Shown here piece after piece: positions 25,373-39,867 of a stretch of 64,000 nucleotides of DNA. This DNA comes from Macrostomum lignano (taxonomy: Eukaryota). Position numbers and translations under genes: made by a program. The notes beneath the pieces are model-generated. The model was given only the letters and a program-made list of their open reading frames with translations. It made no database searches and was not told the origin of the DNA. The stretch lies in the NCBI GenBank assembly GCA_002269645.1, contig NIVC01000760.1:1-64000 (forward strand). Reading direction: 5' to 3'. Each line of letters starts with the position of its first letter. The stretch's first letter is position 1.

Positions 25373-25904
25373 ACAAAAAGCGGATGCAAACGTTTTCTCC
25401 AGAAAAATCCAAATGCTGTTCAACAATAGCAAAAAAGGCAGAAATTGCGCGCAAAAGTTTCGGCATAAACAAAGCGGCTTATTGGCTTTCAAGTCTGTTT
25501 TAGAGGGCAAAATTTCTTATTTTTCCAACAGAAGCCAAACTATCCAGCGAATGGCGTTCATATTGTCAGAGAGGTTGATACGAAGTTTCGCAATACTGCA
25601 GCTACAGTAATCACCCGTCTGTACAATTTTTTGTTTGAGTAAACAATTATAAAATTATAGAAATTCTGTTGCAATGAATTTATCTGATCATTTTTTCAGA
25701 TTCTGAATTTTTTATTTTCCGTCTTCCAGCTATTTTTGTAGACTAAACTGTCTATCGTAATTTTTTTCTGTAGCTTTAGTAATCTCTTTGAGAGATAATT
25801 TCGAAAGTGTGTTGACTATTGAAAAGTACTTTGTAATGGAAGGTTGCTGAAGCAATGGCAGTTGAAGGGATGAAGTGTTGATTGGGGAATCGAAAAATTT
25901 GGGG

Positions 25905-26745
25905 TAGATGGGAGATGAGAGGTAAAATGGAAAGCAGGTGGGAGATGAGAGGGAAATTAGGGAGTAGTAGGGAGATAAGAGGAAGACTGGAAAGTAGATG
26001 GGAGATGAGAGGGAGATTAGGAAGTTGAATGGGAGATCAGAAGTAGACTGGGAAGTAGATGGGAGGTGAGAAGTAAACAGGGAAGTAGCTGGGAGATGAG
26101 AAGTAGACTGGGAAGTAGATGGGAGACGAGAAGTCGACAAGGAAATAGATGGAAGGTTAGAAGTAGACAGAGAAGTAGATGGGGATAAGAATTAGACTGG
26201 GAAGTAGATGGGAGATGAGAAGTAGACAAGGAAATAGATGGAAGGTTAGAAGTAGACAGGGAAGTAGATGGGAGATGAGAAGTAGACAGGGAAGTAGCTG
26301 GGAGATGAGAAGTGGACAGGGAAGTAGATGGAAGGTTATAGGTAGACAGGGAAGTAGATTGGAGATGAGAAGTAGACTGGAAAGTAGATGGAAGGTTATA
26401 AGTAGACAGGGAAGTAGATGGGAGATGAGAAGTGGACAGGGAAGTAGATGGGAGATGAGAAGTAGACAGGGAAGTAGATTGGAGATAAGAATTAGACTGG
26501 GAAGTAGATGGGAGATGAGAAGTAGACTGGGAAGTAGATGGGAGATGAGAAGTAGACAGGGAAGTAGATGGGAGATGAGAAGTAGACTGGAAAGTAGATG
26601 GAAGGTTATAAGTAGACAGGGAAGTAGATGGGAGATGAGAAGTAGACAGGGAAGTAGATGGGAGATGAGAAGTAGACTAGGAAGTAGATGGAAGGTGATA
26701 AGTAGACAGGGAAGTAGATGGGAGATGAGAAGTAGACAGGGAAGT
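25905..26745. repeat. 30-bp minisatellite (GGGAAGTAGATGGGAGATGAGAAGTAGACA)
   Basis: About 27 copies. Confidence 0.95.
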
Positions 26746-27274
26746 ATAAGAGAAATGATATTTTTGTTCAGTTTTAAAAATAGCCGAAACAGATGCAGAA
26801 AAAATCTAACGAAACAAAAATGGACTGAGTGCATCAGGGATTCGATGCTCGGCTTCCTCGAACGCTATACCTCGAACTAGTCGTGAGCAGCAACATGAAA
26901 CTTTCTAATAAAAAGCATCTCAGACTCTCTGCTTCGCTCGCCCACGCATCATCTCAGCAGGAAGCCATTATCAGCTTTATCTTTGTAACACTTTCAAAAT
27001 GTCTAACCCTCCTTCTCATTAGCGCTGGATCCAGCTGCCTTGGAGGGAAAACTTCGCATCCTTACTTGGCTTCCCTTTTTTAGAGCTTAGTCTCGGGCCA
27101 AAATGTTCTGCCTTGCTCATAACCATTGCCAGCTTTGTCAGCCTTGGATTCTCGATCTTTTTATTGAGCCAATCTTCTTGGCTCAAGAGGCTAATCGTAA
27201 TCCCTGGTAAATGACGGACTTGAGAAATAAAAGCTCTGATCTTGAACACCAAGAGCGAGACGAATTAAACCTCA

Positions 27275-29370
27275 CTGTCTCTCTCCCTGTCTCTCTCCCT
27301 GTCTCTCCCTGTCTCTCCCTGTCTCTCTCCCTGTCTCTCTCCCTGTCTCTCCCTGTCTCTCCCTGTCTCTCTCCCTGTCTCTCTCCCTGTCTCTCTCCCT
27401 GTCTCTCCCTGTCTCTCCCTGTCTCTCTCCCTGTCTCTCTCCCTGTCTCTCCCCCTGTCTCTCTCCCTGTCTCTCTCCCTTTCTCCCCCTGTCTCTCTCC
27501 CTGTCTCTCTCCCTGTCTCTCTCCCTGTCTCTCTCCCTATCTCTCTCCCTGTCTCTCTCCCTGTCTCTCCCTGTCTCTCCCTGTCTCTCTCCCTGTCTCT
27601 CTCCCTGTCTCTCCCTGTCTCTCCCTGTCTCTCTCCCTGTCTCTCTCCCTGTCTCTCTCCCTGTCTCTCTCCCTGTCTCTCTCCCTGTCTCTCTCCCTGT
27701 CTCTCCCTGTCTCTCCCTGTCTCTCTCCCTGTCTCTCTCCCTGTCTCTCCCTGTCTCTCTCCCTGTCTCTCTCCCTGTCTCTCTCCCTGTCTCTCCCTGT
27801 CTCTCTCCCTGTCTCTCTCCCTGTCTCTCTCCCTGTCTCTCCCTGTCTCTCCCTGTCTCTCTCCCTGTCTCTCTCCCTGTCTCTCTCCCTGTCTCTCCCT
27901 GTCTCTCCCTGTCTCTCTCCGTGTCTCTCTCCCTGTCTCTCCCTGTCTCTCCCTGTCTCTCTCCCTGTCTCTCCCTGTCTCTCTCCCTGTCTCTCTCCCT
28001 GTCTCTCTCCCTGTCTCTCTCCCTGTCTCTCCCTGTCTCTCCCTGTCTCTCTCCCTGTCTCTCTCCCTGTCTCTCCCTGTCTCTCTCCCTGTCTCTCCCT
28101 GTCTCTCTCCCTGTCTCTCTCCCTGTCTCTCTCCCTGTCTCTCTCCGTGTCTCTCTCCCTGTCTCTCCCTGTCTCTCTCCGTGTCTCTCCCTGTCTCTCC
28201 CTGTCTCTCTCCCTGTCTCTCTCCCTGTCTCTCTCCCTGTCTCTCTCCCTGTCTCTCTCCCTGTCTCTCTCCCTATCTCTCTCCCTGTCTCTCTCCCTGT
28301 CTCTCCCTGTCTCTCTCCCTGTCTCTCTCCCTGTCTCTCTCCGTGTCTCTCTCCCTGTCTCTCTCCCTGTCTCTCTCCCTGTCTCTCTCCCTGTCTCTCT
28401 CCCTGTCTCTCTCCCGTCTCTCTCCCGTCTCTCTCCCTGTCTCTCCCTGTCTCTCTCCCTTTCTCCCCCTATCTCTCTCCCTGTCTCTCCCTGTCTCTCT
28501 CCCTATCTCTCTCCCTGTCTCTCTCCCTGTCTCTCCCTGTCTCTCCCTGTCTCTCTCCCTGTCTCTCTCCCTGTCTCTCCCTGTCTCTCCCTGTCTCTCT
28601 CCCTGTCTCTCTCCCTGTCTCTCTCCCTGTCTCTCTCCCTGTCTCTCTCCCTGTCTCTCTCCCTGTCTCTCCCTGTCTCTCTCCCTGTCTCTCCCTGTCT
28701 CTCTCCCTGTCTCTCCCTGTCTCTCCCTGTCTCTCTCCCTGTCTCTCTCCCTGTCTCTCCCTGTCTCTTCCTGTCTCTCTCCCTGTCTCTCTCCCTGTCT
28801 CTCCCTGTCTCTCCCTGTCTCTCTCCCTGTCTCTCTTCCTGTCTCTCTCCCTGTCTCTCCCTGTCCCTCTCCCTGTCTCTCCCTGTCTCTCTCCCTGTCT
28901 CTCTCCCTGTCTCTCCCTGTCTCTCTCCCTGTCTCTCTCCCTGTCCCTCTCCCTGTCCCTCTCCCTGTCTCTCCCTGTCTCTCCCTGTCTCTCTCCCTGT
29001 CTCTCTCCCTGTCTCTCCCTGTCTCTCCCTGTCTCTCTCCCTGTCTCTCTTCCTGTCTCTCTCCCTGTCTCTCCCTGTCCCTCTCCCTGTCTCTCCCTGT
29101 CTCTCTCCCTGTCTCTCTCCCTGTCTCTCCCTGTCTCTCTCCCTGTCTCTCTCCCTGTCTCTCTCTCCCTGTCTCTCTCCCTGCATCTCTCCCTGTCTCT
29201 CTCCCTGCATCTCTCCCTGTCTCTCTCCCTGTCTCTCTCCCTGTCTCTCTCCCTGTCTCTCCCTGTCTCTCTCCCGTCTTTCTCCCTGTCTCTCTCCCTG
29301 TCTCTCTCCCTGTCTCTCTCCCTGTCTCTCTCCCTGCCTCTCCCTGTCTGTCTCTTTCTCTATCTGTTTG
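27275..29370. repeat. Mixed 10/12-bp pyrimidine-rich array (CCCTGTCTCT/CCCTGTCTCTCT)
   Basis: 2.1 kb; source of the LSPCLS/ERQG ORFs. Confidence 0.97.
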
Positions 29371-30003
29371 TCTGTCTCGCCACGTGCCTCTCTCCCTCAC
29401 AGTGTCTCTGTCTCTCCTCGCTTTTTTTGATGCAAAGGTTTCATTTCATTAGGCTTTTTTGCTCGACCAATCACCGATTCAAAAATGAGTTCGTGACTGA
29501 AATCAGCTTATAGAAGAAAGTCTGCAGTCAATTTTTTGAGATTACGATTTTTTTCGTTTGAATTTAGTTGCTAAGGCTATTCGAATGCCGAGGAAATAAC
29601 TAGTCGCAGAGTCGGCCTCCAGATGCGTTCGAGTACTCTAGAATCACCTAGAGTAGATTGAGATAGGGGAGAACACTCATGGAATCCCGGGGATAAAAAA
29701 ATAAATTTCTGGTAGAATTCGAGTCTCAGTAGCAAGTTTTGGCTGCGGGCTACAGCGCGGGCTCAGAGAAGCGGAGATGGAGTATACAGCGGCTGCACAA
29801 TCAATGAGTCAATCAATCAATTTATCTGGCTTCCGAGCACCGAAAATAGAAAATTCAGAGAGACAGAAAGCGGGCTAGATCCATCCAGTGCAGGAGAGAA
29901 GATCAAAGAGTAGGTAACTTCCTCAGCCACCACAAAGTATGCCGCAGTTCGAGGCGGGAGGGTCTTGGTGGGTATATTTAGGGCTTTAGGATTGCCCTAA
30001 AGC

Positions 30004-30450
<447 letters not shown>

Positions 30451-31111
30451 TTTAAAAGAGGTGGCCATCTAAAAGGCAACAGTCAGTAAGCAGAGGCAAT
30501 GGGTAGCGGCCACCGAGACAAACCCGCAGGCACTGAGGTAGCCGGCTCCCGTGGGCAGAGGGCGGTCTATCTCTCTAGCCCTGCTCCGATGCGCGGCTGG
30601 GCACTAAAATGCCAACCCTCTGTCCACCCCCCAAACGGTAGTCGACTCCAGTTGATAAATAATTAAAGAGAAGCAGGAGGGCAACGCGGCCTGTCCGGCT
30701 CCTCAGATTGGGGGTGTGGGTGGATCAAGGCAGCTGGGTTGAGCCCCTCCCCCGCCCGCCTCCCTACTGATAGATTGCTACCACAGACATTGCAGTTGAG
30801 CAGGTTCTGTGCCGGTGCATAGTCCATGCTGGCGCATGGGTGCATTGTTATGCCAGCTCTATAGAGAGGCATACACCAATGCTCAGGGTTCCAAGCTTTC
30901 AGTTTAACAGGGGCATTAAGCTCAATTCGCTAAGAGAGAGAGAGAGAGAGAGAGAGTGGGATGTCGGCGCCGTATTGTCAAAAAATATCGTGAGAAATTG
31001 ACTTTTAACAATGGTCCATAAATCTTCTTTGTTTGGCTACTTTTAGAATTTTCATCGCGCTTTTCTTGTCTGAATTGGTTTCCAGCAAGCTGGTTTTGTG
31101 AGTCTGAGGGG

Positions 31112-32330
31112 TCTGGTCACTCCACCAGCTTTCAGAATACTCTCTCTGGTCACTCCACCAGCTTTCAGAATACTTTCTCTGGTCACTCCGACTCTCTCTG
31201 GTCACTCCGCCAGCTTTCAGAATACTTTCTCTGGTCACTCCGACTCTCTCTGGTCACTCCGCCAGCTTTCAGAATACTCTCTCTGGTCACTCCGACTCTC
31301 TCTGGTCACTCCGCCAGCTTTCAGAATACTCTCTCTGGTCACTCCGACTCTCTCTGGTCACTCCACCAGCTTTCAGAATACTTTCTCTGGTCACTCCGAC
31401 TCTCTCTGGTCACTCCGCCAGCTTTCAGAATACTCTCTCTGGTCACTCCGACTCTCTCTGGACACTCCGCCAGCTTTCAGAATACTCTCTCTGGTCACTC
31501 CGACTCTCTCTGGTCACTCCGCCAGCTTTCAGAATACTCTCTCTGGTCACTCCGACTCTCTCTGGTCACTCCGCCAGCTTTCGGAATACTCTCTCTGGTC
31601 ACTCCGACTCTCTCTGGTCACTCCGCCAGCTTTCGGAATACTCTCTCTGGTCACTCCGCCTCTCTCTGGTCACTCCGCCAGCTTTCGGAATACTCTCTCT
31701 GGTCACTCCGACTCTCTCTGGTCACTCCGCCATCTTTCAGAATACTCTCTCTGGTCACTCCGACTCTCTCTGGTCAATCCGCCAGCTTTCAGAATACTCT
31801 CTCTGGTCACTCCGCCAGCTTTCAGAATACTCTCTCTGGTCACTCCGACTCTCTCTCTGGTCACTCCGCCAGCTTTCAGAATACTCTCTCTGGTCACTCC
31901 GACTCTCTCTCTGGTCACTCCGCCAGCTTTCAGAATACTCTCTCTGGTCACTCCGACTCTCTTTGGTCACTCCGCCAGCTTTCAGAATACTCTCTCTGGT
32001 CACTCCGACTCTCTTTGGTCACTCCGAGTCTTTCTTTGGTCACCCCGATTTTATCTGGTCACTCCGACTCTCTCTGGTCACCCCGATTCTCTCTGGTCAC
32101 TCCGACTCTCTCTGGTCACTTCGACTCTCTCTGGTCACTTCGACTCTCTCTGGTCACCCTGATTCTCTCTGGTCACCCCGATTCTCTCTGGTCACCCCGA
32201 TTCTCTCTGGTCACCCCGATTTTCTCTGGTCACCCCGATTCTCTCTGGTCACCCAGATTCTCTCTGGTCACTCAGATTCTCTCTGGTCACTCAGATTCTC
32301 TCTGGTCACTCCGATTCCCTCTGGTCACTC
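31112..32330. repeat. Composite 33+19-bp (52-bp) repeat sharing GGTCACTCCG, turning into a 19-bp-only array
   Basis: Period 52 (31201 to 31253); after about 32000 only GGTCACYCCGAYTCTCTCT remains. Confidence 0.95.
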
Positions 32331-32344
32331 CAAATAATCACCCT

Positions 32345-33590
32345 AAGCACACTGATGTTTCACTCAATAACCACTTTGATCACACTAATGATTCACTCAA
32401 TAGCCCCTTTGATCACACTATTGATTCACACAATAGCCACTTTGATCACACTAATGATTCACTCAATAGCCACTTTGATCACACTAATGTTTCACTCAAT
32501 AACCACTTTGATCACACTATTGATTCACTCAATAGCCACTTTGATCACACTATTGATTCACTCAATAGCCACTTTGATCACACTAATGATTCACTCAATA
32601 GCCACTTTGATCACACTAATGTTTCACTCAATAACCACTTTGATCACACTATTGATTCACTCAATAGCCACTTTGATCACACTATTGATTCACTCAATAG
32701 CCACTTTGATCACACTAATGATTCACTCAATAGCCACTTTGATCACACTATTGATTCACTCAATAACCACTTTGATCAAACTATTAATTCACTCAATAGC
32801 CACCTTGATCACACTATTGATTCACTCAATAGCCACTTTGATCACACTATTGATTCACTCAATAGCCACTTTGATCACACTAATGATTCACTCAATAGCC
32901 ACTTTGATCACACTAATGATTCACTCAATAGCCACTTTGATCACACTATTGATTCACTTAATAGCCACTTTGATCACACTAATGATTCACTCAATAGCCA
33001 CTTTGATCACACTATTGATTCACTTAATAGCCACTTTGATCACACTATTGATTCACTCAATAGCCACTTTGATCACACTAATGTTTCACTCAATAGCCAC
33101 TTTGATCGCACTAATGATTCACTCAATAGCCACTTTGATCACACTATTGATTTACTTAATAGCCACTTTGATCACACTAATGATTCACTCAATAGCCACT
33201 TTGATCACACTTTTGATTCACTCAATAGCCACTTTGATCACACTAATGATTCACTCAATAGCCACTTTGATCACACTAATGATTCACTCAATAGCCACTT
33301 TGATCACACTATTGATTCACTCAATAGCCACTTTGATCACACTAATGATTCACTCAATAGCCACTTTGATCACACTAATGATTCACTTAATAGCCACTTT
33401 GATCACACTATTGATTCACTCAATAGCCACTTTGATCACACTAATGTTTCACTCAATAGCCACTTTGATCACACTAATGATTCACTCAATAGCCACTTTG
33501 ATCACACTATTGATTCACTTAATAGCCACTTTGATCACACTAATGATTCACTCAATAGCCACTTTGATCACACTATCACACTAATGATTC
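32345..33590. repeat. 33-bp minisatellite (CACTTTGATCACACTATTGATTCACTCAATAGC)
   Basis: About 38 copies. Confidence 0.97.
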
Positions 33591-34289
33591 ACTGTCATTT
33601 AGGCTGTTATTTAAGCTTCTGTCATTTATTTAAGCTGTTATTTAAGCTTATGAAATTCTGTCAATTTCATAACAAGCACAAAAAACAGTTACCTGTCACT
33701 GAAATGCTGTCCACCTATATTAGCCTCGATCAGTTCATGCTGATTAACAAAACAAGCGATCACCAAGACCAATAATGTGTCATTAATTTTTTCTCAATTG
33801 AGACTTCATGGACGATTATCTAATCCGCTGCCAAGTCCTTGACCCTGAATGATAAACTGATGAGACTGAAACCACTCTGCTTCTGACTATCTGTAAAATT
33901 ATAGCTGCTTTTTCAACCCAGCAACCAATCAGAAGGTCTCAACCAATCAGGGTTGAGCCAGTTTTCTGTAAGGTTGGCTGACGAAAAGAACGCAACGAAA
34001 AACCGATCCCATTGAACCGCTGTTCAGCTTTTTTGGTACGCTAACTTGTCATTTACTCGTAGGAATAGATGTCAATTAATATTATTGATAACCTTGAAAC
34101 ACTAATCGATCTGGGCGTGATTTTTGGCTCTCTGTTTGTGAGAATTGACCTTGAATCACGTGATCCTTGTGTGTCTTTCGCCACGCACCGTGTGAAAAGT
34201 GACCTTAAATCACGTGATTTGGTGTGCAGCTGGTATATCTTCACTATCTAAATATACATTGTGCCCATCTCTCCCTTTTTTGTCTTTCG

Positions 34290-34576
<287 letters not shown>

Positions 34577-35614
34577 CTTCTCCATCTCGCCAATAGCAAA
34601 TTAAATATTTGTCCCAGATAACTGCAATTTTGTTGCTCATGCATGAGTTCTTTCGTTCCGAGTAAAAATTAAATTATCACACTCCAGTGAAAGCAAAAAA
34701 AACAAAAATATAGGAACAAGGTACGAGCTAGAAGCGCAATGAGACATGATTGATGAATGATTGTCAAATTAGGAAAAACAAAAATTACTACTAATTGCAT
34801 AATATAAATTGGGTCAAATTGAAAAAAAATGAAAACCATCACGGAAGGTCATTGAACCTCCAGCTTGAAGGTGTCTGTTTCCATTTTTATAATCTAATTT
34901 TGCCTGAACTTGCTGCTTTTTTTCTTCAGAATGGTTATAGAGTCTGGTTATAAGATTTTTCTTGGTGCCTTTATCCTATCTCATCATGGAAACTCTTGTC
35001 GGGTCACGGAGATCCCTGTTTGGTCATAAGATCCCATGTCTGATCATAGGGATCCTTGTCTAGTCATAGTGATCCCTGTCTGGTCATGATCCCTGTATTT
35101 GGTCATATTGATCCTTGTCTGGTCATAGAGATGGTCATATGATCCTGGTCAAAAAGACTCTGCTCTATAATCTCACCAGAACTTTCTTACGCACTTACAA
35201 GGTGCATTTCCGCAATTTAATTTTTTGAGAAAAAAGGGACGCCTCATTAGAAAAAGGACATGGAATATAATTTGCTCTGGCAATGGCAGGATTTCCTCTG
35301 CTAATTTCTGGGGATTTAGGGAATTTTCTCTGTCCTATTCCTTCCTTGGAGACGGGCCCTAGCTTATAAGCCGATTTTAAACAGATTAAGCTGTTCCAAA
35401 ACTGCCAAACAGACATACGCCTGCTTCTCAATGCGGAATTTGAGTCTACTTTTTAGGACTATTCGGACCAGATTAAAAGGGCTTCTTCTTTCTCTAGGGG
35501 GGGGGGGGATTTCCATGACGAATTTCGAATCTGGAAGTTTTGGGAATCTCTCTTTGGAACTTTTCTAAATTAATCTATCTGACAGCTCTTTGCCGCTGTC
35601 GCGTAGAGTTCAAG

Positions 35615-36862
35615 GACCTCCCTATCTGGTTATTGACTATCTGATCATAGGGTTTGACCTCCCCATCTGGTCATTGACTATCTGATCATAGGGTCTGACC
35701 TCCCCATCTGGTCATTGACTATCTGATCATAGGCTTTGACTTCCCCATCTGGTCATTGACTATCTGATCATAGGCTCTGACTTCCCCATCTGGTCATTGA
35801 CTATCTGATCATAGGGTCTGACCTCCCCATCTGGTCATTGACTATCTGATCATAGGCTCTGACCTCCCCATCTGGTCATTGACTATCTGAACATAGGCTC
35901 TGACCTCCCCATCTGGTCATTGACTATCTGATCATAGCTAGGCTCTGACCTCCCCATCTGGTCATTGACTATCTGAACATAGGCTCTGACCTCCCCATCT
36001 GGTCATTGACTATCTGATCATAGGCTTTGACTTCCCCATCTGGTCATTGACTATCTGATCATAGGCTCTGACTTCCCCATCTGGTCATTGACTATCTGAT
36101 CATAGGCTTTGACTTCCCCATCTGGTCATTGACTATCTGATCATAGGCTCTGACTTCCCCATCTGGTCATTGACTATCTGATCATAGGCTCTGAACCTCC
36201 CCATCTGGTCATTGATTATCTGATCATAGGCTCTGACTTCCCCATCTGGTCATTGACTATCTGAACATAGGCTCTGACCTCCCCATCTGGTCATTGACTA
36301 TCTGATCATAGCTAGGCTCTGACCTCCCCATCTGGTCATTGACTATCTGATCATAGGGTCTGACCTCCCCATCTGGTCATTGACTATCTGATCATAGGGT
36401 TTGACCTCCCCATCTGGTCATTGACTATCTGATCATAGGGTCTGACCTCCCCATCTGGTCATTGACTATCTGATCATAGGCTCTGACTTCCCCATCTGGT
36501 CATTGACTATCTGATCATAGGGTTTGACCTCCCCATCTGGTCATTGACTATCTGATCATAGGGTCTGACCTCCCCATCTGGTCATTGACTATCTGATCAT
36601 AGGCTCTGAACCTCCCCATCTGGTCATTGACTATCTGATCATAGCTAGGCTCTGACCTCCCCATCTGGTCATTGACTATCTGAACATAGGCTCTGACCTC
36701 CCCATCTGGTCATTGACTATCTGATCATAGCTAGGCTCTGACCTCCCCATCTGGTCATTGACTATCTGAACATAGGCTCTGACCTCCCCATCTGGTCATT
36801 GACTATCTGATCATAGCTAGGCTCTGACCTCCCCATCTGGTCATTGAATATCTGATCATAGG
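35615..36862. repeat. 41-bp minisatellite (GACCTCCCCATCTGGTCATTGACTATCTGATCATAGGCTCT)
   Basis: About 30 copies, some with a 4-bp CTAG insertion. Confidence 0.97.
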
Positions 36863-38393
36863 GGTTTCCTACTGTTGTAATTCAATGCATACAAACTGAT
36901 CTTAAATAACGTATATAAAGCTATTTTCGTTACGTGTCGGCAACAACAACAAATCAAGTGCCGCATCAAGTGCCGTTCAAGTTCAGTGCCACACGCTATC
37001 GGCTTCTCTGCCCACTGACTGACAGAAGATTAACAAGTTTCTTCATTTCCTTCTGCAACAACAAGCATCGATGCCTGAGAAATCAAGAGAATTCTTCCCG
37101 AAAGCAGAAAAGAGAAATATTTCCCTTCTTAAGACAAGGATCGGGAGAGTTATCCTGTTGTACTATACAAGTGTGGGGGGATTAACAAGAATCGGAAGAG
37201 AAAGAGGAGAAAAAGGGATTAACAATCTGGCAGAGATAGATAGATAGATAGGCGTAAAGTAAAGCTAACCAACTCCGAATGCATTTCTTAATCTCGCAGC
37301 ATCCACGGTTTTTGGCTTTTGACAGTATTGGATTAGATCGAGTGGGTTGAGCTTGCATGGATATATACATGTAGTTAAAGCAGACTTTCGAGGGTGGGCT
37401 ATTGGATATCGGCTATTGGATAATTTCACTCGCTCTTAAAATCGACGCGTGCTGTTCTGCAGTTGCTCTTGGGTCGGATTGTTGATTGGGGAACGACCCC
37501 TTGCAAATCTGTGAAATATTCTTTCAGAAAAATTAGTTCCCATCAGTTGAGTCGGATTGCAGGTCCCCAAAGAGAATTTTTTAACTGATTGCTTTGACAT
37601 ACGCGCATAGTTTGTAAAAAGTTGCGCCGAGATTTTCAGTTCAGTTCGTTTACGAGAATTTTCATCCGATTTCATTGCCTATTAGACTGCAGAGATGATA
37701 AAAAGAGAAAAAATGCTTTTTATACTACTTACAAAAAAGAGTAGCATCTGATTTTCGTCTATACATACAGCGAGGAAGCCAATCTCGACGGCTGTGAATG
37801 GAGAACGCGAAGTTCGCGAACTTAAAGTTGCAACGTTTGCAAACAATTGGTACAGCTGTAACCTACAATGTACTCGTAACTCAGCAAAATGTTAATTAGT
37901 AATTCCACCCCGAAACCATGAGGCAAACTTTTCCCAAATCTTCATGCAGCCCCAGAAGTGACGCAATTCAGACCAACGCCAGAGGTTCTCGCAAGGACGC
38001 TGGCGTAAAAATACTAAATACTACTAAATACTAACTTACGCCACGTTAATGGTTGGAAATTCTAGAAAAGACCGGCCCTTGCTTTAGCTAAATTAAATGT
38101 ATATGTTATGGCAATGAAGCCTTTTCGATCAAATAAAGAAGTGAATGTTTATTAATTGTTGTTGTTATGTATAGTCCTTGGGTTCTCGTCTACCAGGTAC
38201 TTCGGGTGATGCAAGTGCAAAGCAAGTTTGATATTTTGGTGACGATGCATGCACCTGTTTCGGTGTGGAAATTCTAACATATTGCTGAGTGTATATGCCC
38301 TGCGTAGATCGAGTGCTACTATATCGCGTCGTGATACAGTATTACGTCCATTGTGAGATCTACATTTAACCACTTCTGCCCCTCAAGCCTATG

Positions 38394-38589
38394 CACTCTC
38401 TCTGAGAAAAACCGTTGGCTGCAGAGCAGCCATAGACATCTGCATCTACCCACAAGCAGCCACAGCATTCACTCTTTGAAAATCCGCTGGCTGCAGAGTA
38501 GCCATAGATTCACTAAAGAGCTGTGTAATATGGGTGCTGTTTTTTATGGCTGCTCTGCAAGCCACAAAAGTGTTTTCTCAGAGTGAGTG
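38394..38589. repeat. Short foldback element with about 45-bp imperfect inverted repeats
   Basis: CACTCTCTCTGAGAAAA..GGCTGCAGAGCAGCCATA versus TATGGCTGCTCTGCAAGCC..TTTTCTCAGAGTGAGTG. Confidence 0.55.
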
Positions 38590-39867
38590 GCAGGGTGCCG
38601 CTGGTGCTGGTCATAGACAGCTGTGGCTGCGGGCATTCAGCAGATGGCAGATGGCTGCAGAGCAGCCAGCGGGTTTGAAGGTGTTAATTAGAGCACTGCC
38701 AGTATATGTACTGAAGACTTTATTCCTCTTATTCATATGTGGATTCATCATTCATACATACATTCATACATTCATATATGTACAATAAACTCTCAGTATG
38801 CATCTCAAAACTACTCAATTCTTCACAAAACCAATTATTCAACTGCGGAAAACCCTAATTATTAGCTTACTAGAATCTGACCGAAATATGAATACTCGAA
38901 AAATTTAATCCTTACAAACTACGTTATAAATCTTATTAAAGCTCAATCTTTCTACAGGCACATATGCATACAAAATGCATGTGGTACATGTAGATTGTCT
39001 ACTTTGTGCCTGTGGGCCTTGTCTGAGCAGGCCCACAGGCACAAAGTAATGCGTTATTAATTGGTCTATTGCAAAAAAGATGTTTTTCCATACTGTTTTC
39101 CTTGTTTAATGCAACATACGTGTATTTAAACTTTTTTTCAATATGCAATATTCAATATTTAATAGAATTTTTATTTAAAAAGCAATTAACATTATTCGTT
39201 TTGCTATGTTCGTAAAGCAAGAGAGCGTTTTTGTTTATATGTAGGCTTGTTGTTTTGATTTGTCAGTTTCTATGAACGCCAGAAACGCCAGAAAGTAAGG
39301 GTTAAAACGCGAAGCGAAGGCCACCCACTCGTCGACCAGACGTCAATATGAGAGATTGCGTTAACGCAAGCTTGCTAACACCAAACCTGACCAATAAAAA
39401 ACGTGCAATGTATCACAACTGCGCACTTATTTCATCAGACTTCTAGTCAGTTGCGTGTCTGTTTGATTAGGCTACCAGTTTATGCTTTTATATAGGCCTA
39501 ATACAGCTAATAATAGCATTTCAATCAGGGTGTTTTTGCGATTTATGGCATATGCCATTCTATATATATTTGGGTAGTTTATTGGCTATCCTACTTTGTC
39601 ACTTTCTCACTCACTTTATATCTCACTGTGACTTCATAAGTGATATAAATTACTGTATAAATTGTTATTGGTAAAAAATTTTACAGAACCAAATTAGGCT
39701 ACTTTATATTTTTCTATACTTTAATTTGAAAAATTGATTCAAAATTCAAAACTACTCAGCAATTGTCAAACAAATTCCAATCAAGTACTTGACATTAATT
39801 TTTACTTGTCCAAAATCAAAGCTTCATTGAACTATAGGCCCTAACTTTCAATTTTAATAGTCAAATG

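Noticed and set aside
27211-29513. 739-, 530- and 423-aa LSPC/ERQG ORFs
   Set aside because: Pyrimidine microsatellite translations.
32015-33775. 586-aa NSHFDHT and 409-aa repeat ORFs
   Set aside because: The 33-bp unit keeps frames open; all variation is repeat drift, with no evidence of a gene.
33850-34010. Hammerhead ribozyme cores (CTGATGA..GAAA at about 33856, CTGACGA..GAAA at about 33975; also CTGAGGA on the minus strand near 30705)
   Set aside because: Stem II cannot form, or the GAAA is missing; my search was by eye and not exhaustive.
38152-38373. 73-aa ORF with an RT-like VALDLRRAY motif
   Set aside because: No other RT motifs and a non-ATG start; likely chance.
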